This document shows positions 11,546-21,603 of a stretch of 64,000 nt of DNA, piece by piece. This DNA is from Laetmonice hystrix (Eukaryota), in contig OZ249436.1 in assembly GCA_965235115.1 (NCBI GenBank), positions 42,782,001 through 42,846,000 of the forward strand, given 5' to 3'. The position numbers and the translations under genes are program-made. Within the stretch, counting starts at the first letter, position 1. The number at the start of each line of letters is the position of its first letter. The notes beneath the pieces are model-generated. The model worked only from the letters and a program-made list of their open reading frames with translations, was not told the DNA's origin and ran no database searches.

Positions 11546-14500
11546 TTAATATTGCCTTCCTCTCTCGGTCGGAGCAGCCACAAACTGCTCCTCCTTCACC
11601 ACATCTTCGATGGGCCGTATTTTGGGGGCACGAGAAATGCCCAGTAAGATCTTCTCTTCTTGCTCAAAGTAGCGTAGCTTCTCTTCACGAGCCTGCAGCT
11701 CCTTCAGCTTGAGGGCAATAGCAAGCCGTCTGTCTCTCTGACGTATCGCCTCGACCTGCTTGTCAACCTCAGTCTGTCTCTCAGTCATCCAACGACTAAA
11801 CATGGTAGTCTGATCCTCAATGTCTTTGTGTTCAAGGAGAGAGATGTGTTTGTTAAGTTTGTCTAATAGCAGTGGTTCCAACGGATCGTCAACCACCTGG
11901 CTCTGATTCTGAAGCCTCTCGATACACTCCTGAAATAAGATACAAATAAATTGTTTTTTCTGTACACGATTCTGACATGGTAAATCTAAAACTGAACGGG
12001 TTCATCCTCTGCATCAGTGACTGAAACATTTGGGCCCAGTTTTGTCAAAAATTCTTGAGTAAAGCTCACTTAAGTAAACTAACAGGCTTATTCAGATTGG
12101 CTGGCCTAAGCATACCAGCCAATCAGATTAGGTTAGATTACTTAAGTAAGCTTTACTCAAGTTGAGAATTTTTGAAAAACTGGGCCTTGATCAAATTCAT
12201 CAGGTTAACCAAGTTAGAAAAACATTATAAAAGATATTTTCAGTTTTCACTTACCACTGACTGCTCTGTTTACCAATTACACGTATATCCCAGGGGGCAG
12301 GCTCATTATGGACAAATATTACGGTAATAATCGACTATAAAAAACTGTCTATTGGTGCACATTAGATTCCCGCCATCTCACAGCGTCTGTCTGGCAAGTT
12401 TTGTGATGTCACGTATACCTTTGTTTTCTGGTTCAGTTGTTCTTTACTTTGTTTGCCAGAGCAGTTGTTCCTACCTATGTTTCCCAGAGCAGTTGTTCCT
12501 ACCTTTGTTTGCCAGAGCTGTTGTTCCTACCTATGTTTCCAAGAGCAGTTGTTCCTACCTTTGTTTCCCATAGCAGTTGTTCCTACCTTTGTTTCCCAGA
12601 GCAGTTGTTCCTACCTTTGTTTGAGAGAGCAGTTGTTCCTACCTTTGTTTGCTGGAGCAGTTGTTCTTTCTGTTCGGCTGTGACGAAGGGGCGGACATCC
12701 TCTTTTGTCACCTCTCCAGGATCAAGCGGTTCCACACGGTTCTCCTTGGTCTCTACCTTCTCCAGGACATCCAGGAATGTCTCGATCTTCAACATCACAA
12801 ACACAATCCTCTGTCATTATTCATTCCCTAGCCAGATAAATATGATAATTACTATCCTTACATCTCATCCAATCAACGATTCCGTACAATTGTCACATCA
12901 CAAACACAATCCTCTGTCATTATTCATTCCCTTAAGTAACCAGATAATTACTATCTTTACATCTCATCCAATCAACGATTCAGTAATTGTCACATCACAA
13001 ACACAATCCTCTGCTGTTATTCATTCCCTTGAGTAACCAGACAATCACTATCCTTACATCTGATCCAATCAACGATTCAGTACAATTGTCACATCCCAAG
13101 CCAAGTTTTCTGCTCCGTTCAGAACTGACCATGAAAACCATATCTTAGATGAGATTATTCAACTCAGGACCACACAAACCAAAATCTCCAGGCCCCGATA
13201 TATTGAGTTTGACACCTGGAACTAGATTTACTTCAGTAAAAAGGTTGTTATCAATCACGTTCCCTCCCCCACCACTGGATAACCAATAACAGTTATTCAT
13301 ACACATAACAGTCTACAATATGATTTCTATGGACCCTAAGGATTTGACAGCCTCCAAAACACTCGTTTAACTTTGGTGATGATTGGCTGCTACACTGTAA
13401 TAATTCTAGTGTGACCATCGTTATCTGATCATCGATTTACTCACAGCGTCTCTCGACACAGTCGGTGTGACCACCGTTATCTGATCATCGATTTACTCAC
13501 GGCGTCTCTCGACACAGTCGGTGTGACCACCGGTATCTGATCATCGATTTACTCACAGCGTCTCTCGACACAGTCGGTGTGACCACCGTTATCTGATCAT
13601 CGATTTACTCACAGCGTCTCTCGACACAGTCGGTGTGACCACCGGTATCTGATCATCGATTTACTCACGGCGTCTCTCGACACAGTCGGTGTGACCACCG
13701 GTATCTGATCATCGATTTACTCACAGCGTCTCTCGACACAGTCGGTGTGACCACCGGTATCTGATCATCGATTTACTCACAGCGTCTCTCGACACAGTCG
13801 GTGTGACCACCGGTATCTGATTGATTTACTCACAGCGTCTCTCGACACAGTCGGTGTGACCACCGTTATCTGATCATCGATTTACTCACAGCGTCTCTCG
13901 ACACAGTCGGTGTGGCCACCGTTATCTGATCGTCAATTTACTCGCAGCGTCTCTCGACACAGTCGGTGTGACCACCGTTATCTGATCTTCGATTTACTCA
14001 CAGCGTCTCTCGACACAGTCGGTGTGACCACCGGTATCTGATCATCGATTTACTCACGGCGTCTCTCGACACAGTCGGTGTGACCACCGTTATCTGATCG
14101 TCGATTTACTCACGGCGTCTCTCGACACAGTCGGTGTGACCACCGTTATCTGATCGTCGATTTACTCACGGCGTCTCTCGACACAGTCGGTGTGACCATC
14201 GTTATCTGATCGTCGATTTACTCACGGCGTCTCTCGACACAGTCGGTGTGACCACCGTTATCTGATCGTCGATTTAGTCACGGCATCTCTCGACACAGTC
14301 GGTGTGACCATCGTTATCTGATCGTCGATTTACTCACGGCGTCTCTCGACACAGTCGGTGTGACCACCGTTATCTGATCGTCGATTTACTCACGGCGTCT
14401 CTCGACACAGTCGGTGTGACCATCGTTATCTGATCGTCGATTTACTCACGGCGTCTCTTGACACAGTCGGTGTGACCACCGTTATCTGATCATCGATTTA

Positions 14501-17500
14501 CTCACAGCGTCTCTCGACACAGTTGGTGTGTCAGACGAGGTGCCCCACTCTGTCATCAGACTGATTCCATTGTCAAACTTCTCGTGTAGACCGTATCCTA
14601 TCAGAGTGTAACTGGTACCAAGCAGACCCGGCTCGTTCCGTGATAACATTGTCAGAGTCTTCCCGAGGAACAGTGAATTCTTGTACAGGTCCCAGTGATC
14701 GTCATACCAAAAGTTTCGGATAAACTTTATTGGGATCCACTCAATCTGAAACGAGTGATTTTATCTCATGAGTAACTCACAATAACAGTTAACATTTCAC
14801 AAATACCACTCTTAAAATACTGGCACATATTTCAATGTTCGATGGCATACTGTCATTATTTAGAATAGTTCTCAGAGTATACCTCTTCTTCCTCTTGCTG
14901 TTCTTGTGTTTCTGGTTCCTCCAGTGAGGGCGGAGGGTTCTTCCAGTGTTTGTGACATGCGTACCAGCTGAGGTAACGAACCAAAGGATGACTGAAGTCT
15001 TCTTGTAACATCAAGTCGTATGCTACAGTTGCTGCAGCTGCAGTACAAAGTCAGATCAATTATCTTTCCACGTTAGAACATTTACATGATTTTTATAAAA
15101 GAAAGGCAGTCACAATTTTTACAAGTTTCAAGTACCCAAGAGTAGATCGCTTGAATCAGTCAACTGAGCATAATTTGGTAGTTCAGGCTTCAAGCCTTGT
15201 CTTCTCTAAAACTATTCAGATAAGTATATTGAGATATATTGGTGTTGTGATACAGCATTATAAATATTATCCAACCTGCCATATTATGATTCTGGGGCCT
15301 GTCTTACTGAGGTCTGGTTATTAACGATATTGTTAACTTCAATAGGAATGCATTAAGAGTCTCTGATCATGAACGATCCCATTAACCACAGGCCTTCCAT
15401 CCACGGCCAGGTAAATTTTACTATATCTTTAATAACCAGACCTTAGTAAGACAGACCCCAGGAAAGGATCACGCTTAAGGAAAAAGTTCATCTTAAATAC
15501 CTTTGTATTGTCCTTCTTCAATAAAATGATCCAGCAAATATAATGCAGAAAAATCATCGAGGAAGATCCCATAGTTTATCTGTAAAAGATACACACTTCA
15601 GATCTGAGGTCAAGTTTATAGAAGGTTTTACAGCTGTCAAATATTCTTTTTGATTCTAAATGGAAATTAAGTTAAAAGACTAGATCCTACTTTCCCAGCC
15701 TGTGGTAATACTATCAGATTTCCAGTTCCTGGTCATTGATACAAACATTCAGCTACACCAGCCCTGTCGACATGTAGCAGAGAAGTACTTGATTTGGTTG
15801 AAGATAAAATTCTCAGGTGTAATTTTTACCTTGTCTTGAAGAATTTCCAGTAGTCGATCTGTTTCCTTGAGGTCCACTAAAGCACGTAGTATGGCATGTG
15901 ACATGGATTCTGGGGCTTGAATCGTTTCATTAGTGTGACGAAACCTATAACAGGGTTTAATGACAAGATTTGTAAATGATTTCTCTCTGCATGGGTCGTG
16001 ATGTTTTGCCATTGAGCTGTTCAAAAGCTGAGCTGAAAAACTGCCAGTTTTATGATGAAACAAATAACAGGGCTTGAAAATTTGATTTTGACAGTAAGTG
16101 CCTAATAAGTGAAATCTACTCGCCAGCAGACTCATCCAGCCTCATCAGATGTTATTATTTTATTTGCCAACAGTTTAATTTCTCCCGCCATATGCGAGCT
16201 GGCACCCATATTTTTCGAACCCTGAAATGTAGGCCTATATCAACTTACCTGTTATAAAGATTTTGAACGTAGTCTAGTTGTGGGGTATCTATTTCTTCTA
16301 ATTTGTTAGCTAGCTGTAAAAAGGACAACAGATTTGGCAGATATATACAATACTGTTCCTATAATTATATATATTTTTTTCTATAAATCCTAGTCTCCTA
16401 GATAGCCAACAACAGTCTGACCATCATAGGAGTTTACATTGCTTTTAAATTAGTAAAGTGTTTTGACAGTCATTACTGGAGAATAGATAATTAACAGTAG
16501 AACAATTACAACAAAAATGAATTAAATTCATTTGCACAAGTTCAACCATCTTAAAAAATAAAGCTACATTTTTAGTTTTTACATTTTTCACACAGAATGG
16601 AAAAAGAATTATAAGCAATATTGGTACTCACAATATCCATATCAATTGCTCTGGCTTGTTGTTTTTCAACCTTCTCCTGAATTTTTATAGCAAAATCACC
16701 TGTGTAAAAATGAAAAATCCAGATAAATTTATAAATGTTATTGTTGAGGGTTACTAGCCTTTCCTACCTTTGAACTGAAATAGTTTCAAACAAAGTACAG
16801 TTATCAGGATACCGTATATATGTCCCATTAGCCGCGCACTACATATTTGCCGCGTGCCCCCGCATTTTTTCAAACAAACCGTATCCTTCCCGGCATGGCG
16901 ATGACTGGCGTACTATCTGATAGTGACGTCATAATGTAGTAGATTTGACATACCGTAAATTTTGTATCAATTGCCGCGCACTGCTTTTCTACACACTCAC
17001 ATGCACGGGCCGCACGGCTAAAGGGACATATACGGTATATAGATATTTTCTGTTTGCAAACTTACCAACATTAACTTTCTGAAGGAGTGGAGTGTGAAGT
17101 CGAGCTGCCCAAGCTTCCTTACAGAGATGAGCATCTGAGAGCAATGTTCGATTCCCTTCAATAAAAGTTAATATTTGTACATGTATAAAAGAATGGTTAA
17201 GGCAGATTTTTCAACAGCTGTGGAATATACAACGTATATTCAAACTGGTTTGCAAAATTTGGAGGGGGCTATATGCTCTACTGACGCCGATACCTAAAAC
17301 ATGTTATTTTAAATGATAGCATTCACCGCACTCGACGCCAATGTCCATGAGGGAAATAGAATGTGTTCTATTTTTCAGCCGCCAATGTTTTCTCTTTAAG
17401 ACCGGGTCAGTCCTATCGAATCCTGCATTACGTACGTACCTCGGCAGGAAGAGGTCCTGCCAACGGCCAAGGACAATTCCCAGTGTGCGCGGTCTCCGCA

Positions 17501-18404
17501 ACCACCACTTTGCCTTTGCAGTAGACACAGTGCTATCAGTATCGGTGCAGCATTAATACTGCCACCAACGTCGTCGGTCTGCTGCCGACGTCAGTGCCAA
17601 TATCGGTATCGGTTGTATAGAGTTCGGAACCTGGGGTCCGTTCCACTAACGAAAGACGTCTTTGGCAAGACGTCTTTGCGGCGCCAATGTTAAAGAATAG
17701 GATATTAGTGGAACAGCCGTCGCCGCAAAGACCTCTTTGGGCTCAGCGACCATTTCAAAGACATCTTTCGGGCTTAGTGGAACGGACCCCAGGGGGCAGG
17801 GGGGCGATCGCCCTCCCCTGTCAAGGGGGGGGGGGAAGCACCCCCCCTCTGCTGAACCTCACTGAGCCATATTTATCAGCCTATTTTGTCAATGAGTGGG
17901 CCAGAACAGGGCCAGGGGTGCGTTTCTCATTAGTTCTTATCCTGTCGTGCGTTAAAATCCCCATTGAAAATATATTGAAGTTAACGATATGGCAAGCTAA
18001 CGACATGATGGGAAACGCACCCCAGAGTCGGCCTTCAGCCCCCCCCCCCCTGGAAAAAGTATCTTCCGACGCTACTAGGTCGCTGTGTGTGTGTGTGTGT
18101 GGGGGGGGGGGGGGGCATAGAGATCTAACGACGTTAGTCGTTAACTTAGTCTGAGCCAGTGAGGTCGACACTGTCAGTGTCAGTGAGTCTGAGTGAAACT
18201 GTTGTTCGGGCCGGGCAGTGCCAGGGGGTCAGTGGCAGCGCACTGCCTGCTGACGCCTGCTGAATTCTGTCCTCAGTGTAGGCTCAGATAGTCATCGTGC
18301 AGGTCACAAGACAGGTTTAACGTACCTAGTTTATGCATCCAGGAACTCTGTCGGTAGAACCTTGCAGTATCATGGCAAAACTTTTTTAAAAGACACCTGG
18401 CCAT
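11546..18404 (-). CDS. MRPS27: 28S mitochondrial ribosomal protein S27 (mS27, PPR protein)
   Basis: Ten phase-consistent exons: 18404-18326, 17155-17066, 16699-16632, 16313-16249, 15944-15830, 15579-15501, 15037-14883, 14745-14506, 12786-12643, 11929-11546. Mitochondrial presequence MARCLLKKFCH...; motifs RTLLSDAHLCKEAWAARL, RFRHT, KINYGIFLDDF, FIRNFWYDDHWDL, EEKLRYFE match mS27 orthologues as recalled. Confidence 0.9.
12032..12187. mobile_element. Hairpin-type MITE
   Basis: GGGCCCAGTTTT..CAAAAATTCT..TTGAGTAAAGCT.ACTTAAGTAA mirrored at the right end (...TTTTTGAAAAACTGGGCCC). Confidence 0.75.
12434..12670 (-). repeat. 28-bp minisatellite (~8 copies) spanning MRPS27 exon-9 donor
   Basis: Minus-strand unit ctgggaaacaaag|gtaggaacaactgct; real donor GT at 12642-12641. 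Confidence 0.9.
12792..13095. repeat. ~100-bp tandem repeat (3 copies) abutting MRPS27 exon-9 acceptor
   Basis: acatcacaaacacaatcctctg... starts at 12792, 12895 and 12992; it ends a few nt before the AG at 12788-12787. Confidence 0.85.
13410..14530 (-). repeat. 56-bp minisatellite (~20 copies) spanning MRPS27 exon-8 donor
   Basis: Minus-strand unit cacaccgactgtgtcgagagacgct|gtgagtaaatcgatgatcagataacggtggt; real donor GT at 14505-14504. Confidence 0.95.
15292..15461. mobile_element. MITE, ~33-bp TIR, CTGGGG...CCCCAG ends
   Basis: CTGGGGCCTGTCTTACTGAGGTCTGGTTATTAA vs reverse complement of right end CTGGGGTCTGTCTTACTAAGGTCTGGTTATTAA. Confidence 0.8.
16812..17035. mobile_element. Tc1/mariner-superfamily (CCGTA-end) MITE with TA TSD
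   Basis: TA|CCGTATATATGTCCCATTAGCCG ... CGGCTAAAGGGACATATACGG|TA in MRPS27 intron 2. Confidence 0.8.
17631..17792. mobile_element. MITE, 19-bp TIR, CTGGGG...CCCCAG ends
   Basis: CTGGGGTCCGTTCCACTAA ... TTAGTGGAACGGACCCCAG. Confidence 0.8.
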
Positions 18405-18569
18405 CGTGATGTGCTTTCACAGTTCCAGCCATATGACAGGAACCGGTGTCGAATGAAAATGGGAAAATTTGTTTCGGACACGTGAAGTTCCCAGAATCAA
18501 CACCAGATGGCAGTGTAAAGCATCCGCAGCGCCACCTTGCGTCAACGGCTCGAAACGGTACCCACTCAC

Positions 18570-18920
18570 GGTGTATATCGAAACCGGCCGCCGCTCGAAA
18601 TCGGCCGCGCGTAAGTCGGGCGGCCGTATACTCGCCCAGGGCCTAGGCAGTAGTTTGGCCTAGGGTTAGTGTTAGTCGGGTTAAGGTTAAGGTTTGGCCT
18701 AGGGTTAGTGTTAGTCGGGTTAAGGTTAAGGTTTGGCCTAGGGTTAGTGTTAGTTGGGTTAAGGTTAAGGTTTGGCCTAGGGTTAGTGATAGTTTAGTCC
18801 CGCGGGCGGCCCCGCCAGCGGCAGCGGGGCCCCCGCGAAGCGGGCCGGCGGAGCGGGCCGCGGCCGTCGGATTAGTTACGCGCGGCCGGTTACTACTGGC
18901 GGCCGGATTCGATGACATTC
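18570..18920. mobile_element. Non-autonomous element with 9-bp TSD (Mutator-like), GC-rich imperfect TIRs and internal telomere-like 39-bp repeats
   Basis: TSD CCCACTCAC at 18561-18569 and 18921-18929. TIR cores ATCGAAWCCGGCCGCC and CGGCCGCGCGTAA at both ends. Internal unit ggtttggcctagggttagtgttagtcgggttaaggttaa x~3.5. Confidence 0.8.
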
Positions 18921-19002
18921 CCCACTCACCAGGTGGCGCCAGTTATTTCCTCAAACTAGATACAATTTTACGGAAATCCGAGGGACGACGCGAGTGTGCA
19001 TT

Positions 19003-19589
19003 CACGGTTCCCACGGGTCAGGGCCGTAGCCTGCGGGGGGGGGGGGGGGGCAGGGGGGCAGCTGCCCCCCTTGGGATTTCCAGTTTTTTTGTGTTTTTTT
19101 TAACCAACACACCGGGCCAGCTCGACCGGCGCAATGACGCGCTATCACTTGGTAGGCCTACTGCCCCCCCCCCCACGCATTTCGGCCAGGCTACGGCCCT
19201 GCGGGTGATAGCAAATCCTGGGGGGGGGGGGGGGGGGGAATCTGTCGTGAAAAGACATTGAAAAGTCATGGAAAATGGGCAAGAATGTAGGCCTAGTGGA
19301 AACTGATAAATATCATGGAAAACAAGTAAACGGATGTAGGCCTAAAGTTAGCGTAGATCTATGATCTGTGGGTGGGCCGCATGCCTATGAGGGGAGGAGG
19401 AGGCCATAGGCCTACTAAACAAAATTGATTAGGCTGGGCCTATAGATCTATGCCATTTTCATAATGCGATCGATATTGTGGAATGGCTTCTACATTTGCT
19501 TGTGTAAAATATTGTAAGTCATGGAAAACAGCATAAATTCTCATGGAAAAGTCATGGAATTTTGTTATCAATTATCTGTAGGAACCCTG
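19003..19589. mobile_element. MITE with CATGGAA subrepeats, host of a nested element
   Basis: Ends CACGGTTCCCAC / GTAGGAACCCTG; repeated (gt)catggaaaa; no clear TSD. Confidence 0.55.
19019..19201. mobile_element. 183-bp MITE, 15-bp TIR, 5-bp TSD (same family as 5969-6013)
   Basis: CAGGGCCGTAGCCTG ... CAGGCTACGGCCCTG, TSD CGGGT (19014-19018, 19202-19206), G-run-rich interior. Confidence 0.85.
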
Positions 19590-19609
19590 CACATTGCAGT
19601 TTTGCTTTC

Positions 19610-19669
19610 TGGCGCCGCAAGAGTTTCACTCGCTATACACGCGCACCATCAGGGGGCGCTGCGATCGCA
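19610..19669 (+). promoter_or_regulatory. Composite module: TGGCGCC + CTCF-like site + TGCGATCGCA palindrome
   Basis: CCATCAGGGGGCGCT (19646-19660) fits the CTCF core; the same module occurs inverted at 26704-26759. Confidence 0.5.
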
Positions 19670-21401
19670 CGTCAAACTTCAAACGGCTTTGATAGATTTA
19701 TTCTGAAATTCTTTCGGGCAAGAAGCGCTTTCAGAAAATGAAACTATTCAATGTGTTAAATTTACGTTTGAAATACTGAGTTCACACATAATTCTCTAGG
19801 GATAGCTGGGAGAAAATAACGGGTTAACTAGCGGCCTATATGTTAGACCTATACCTTTATGATCAGTCTATAGGGAGGGCCTCGTGGTCCAATCCAGCTG
19901 ATTGGCTCTGCACCTACATCTGGGTAGAATTCTAACTATCACGTGCATAGAGATATTTAACTGGTCTTTAACAGTGGGGTCTGGGTTAAAAAAAATCAAA
20001 TGAACTACAGAAAAAGAAGAAAGAAAAAGAGGAGTCAATGACCACTCGGGCACATCTATAGGCGTTTACAAGCCTTGGCCTGTAGATCTATTAAAGCTAG
20101 GCTGAAAGTTGAATTCTAGGCATACTACATTGTCAAGAAGTCTGTATGGAGGCCCCAGACAGTAGGCCCTACACATTTCATACAGGATTTAAAAAAAACA
20201 GGATTGCTTCCCGGTGGCGACTTTCTTTCTATGTGATCAACATCATCGCCCCAGCAGACTCATGAGTCGGCCTACAATGGTGCCATGACTTAGAAAGTTA
20301 ATTTGCAAGTTTTATTCTTGTCCCGATTCCTGAATATTGCTAATAGTGTCCACAGGTCGTAAACCCCCCAGTCCACCATGGCAGAGACTGTGGTCGCTAG
20401 ATTGACCGGTGAGTTTCGTGTTCATTGACCCGGGACCACACATGTCGATCATGCAGAACGGCAGGCCGACCATGCGCTGCAGGTCTCTCTGACATCACAC
20501 ACCACCCACAGTCGGAGACAAGTGTGGAGTACCACCCCAAGACACCGGCCGTCCCACCAGTATTTTACACCGGGATAAACTTTTTCTGAGGTAAGACTTA
20601 TTTCATGTCCACATACGCAGACATATGTTCATAATAATGAAGTTTTAACACGACTTCGTCAATCATGTTGCCTTCAAAGCCTAGAATGAACAGGCTTGCC
20701 CCTTTCTGCGATATAAAATGGTCGTATTTTCTGGTTTAGTCAGAGCTGATTTGCTGGCTGCAGTCGGCCTATTCAGATGTTAAAATTTATTATACAAAAG
20801 CCTTAGTTTGGTCAGTTTTTATCTGACTTGTATTATGCAGGATGCACATTCTGATCTTTGCATGTCGATCTTGGAGTCTACGAAACCACTGAGCAGTACG
20901 TGTGGAGAGTGGGGCGTTCCAAAGAACGTTTTTAGCCAATGTGAATTGTCCATTTCATTCCGTTTTGGCGCCATGCCTGAGTTGAATAGATTTGAGTGAA
21001 AGAAACCGGGCTCAAACCTTTTGTCTGATCATGCCCGATCAAGTACAGAGGTCTGTTTCTGAATGGGTCTGGTGGAAGGCGCGACCTTGGCCTTGGTGTA
21101 TTACGTATCGACCTCCGCTGTACGTCTCTGTTCCTAATATCGACACAGGGCATATTACCTTCAGTTCACCAAAACCTATACATGGCACTGAGTGGCACAA
21201 GCATAGAGCGTCGTAATCTGTGTGGGGTTGATTCGTTTATTCTGCATGTCACTCGCCCTCCCCATGCAGTACTCCGAAACCGGGTCATCAAAAACAAAAG
21301 CTTCTGTTATATCCAACATGATCTGTGCGACTTGGCGACATCTCGATCATATTTCGTCCCCTCACCATTACTCCCTTGGGCACCTTCTTGGGTGTACACG
21401 C

Positions 21402-21602
21402 ATTCTGTAATTTTCTGGGCTTGTCTTTTAATTGTTCATGGGTGTATTCTGTAAATTTCTGGACTTGTCTTTTAATAGTTCATTGGCCTATTCTGTAAAT
21501 TTCTGGACTTGTCTTTTAATAGTTCATTGGTGTATTCTGTAAATTCCTGGACTTGTCTTTTAATAGTTCATGGGTGTATTCTGTAAATTTCTTTTAATAG
21601 TT
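21402..21602 (+). repeat. 44-bp minisatellite (~4.5 copies) duplicating the probable acceptor of the first TRAF coding exon
   Basis: tcttttaatag|tt ends at 21478, 21522, 21566 and 21600; the last precedes ATG 21604. Confidence 0.85.
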
Positions 21603-21603
21603 G

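Noticed and set aside
18652..18796. Interstitial telomere
   Set aside because: Degenerate 39-bp units enclosed by TIRs and a TSD, so internal to a transposon.
20356..20590. Upstream TRAF coding exon (ccaccATGG at 20378; donors near 20408 and 20590)
   Set aside because: No donor joins in frame to the RING exon; possibly 5' UTR with uORFs, unsupported without transcripts.
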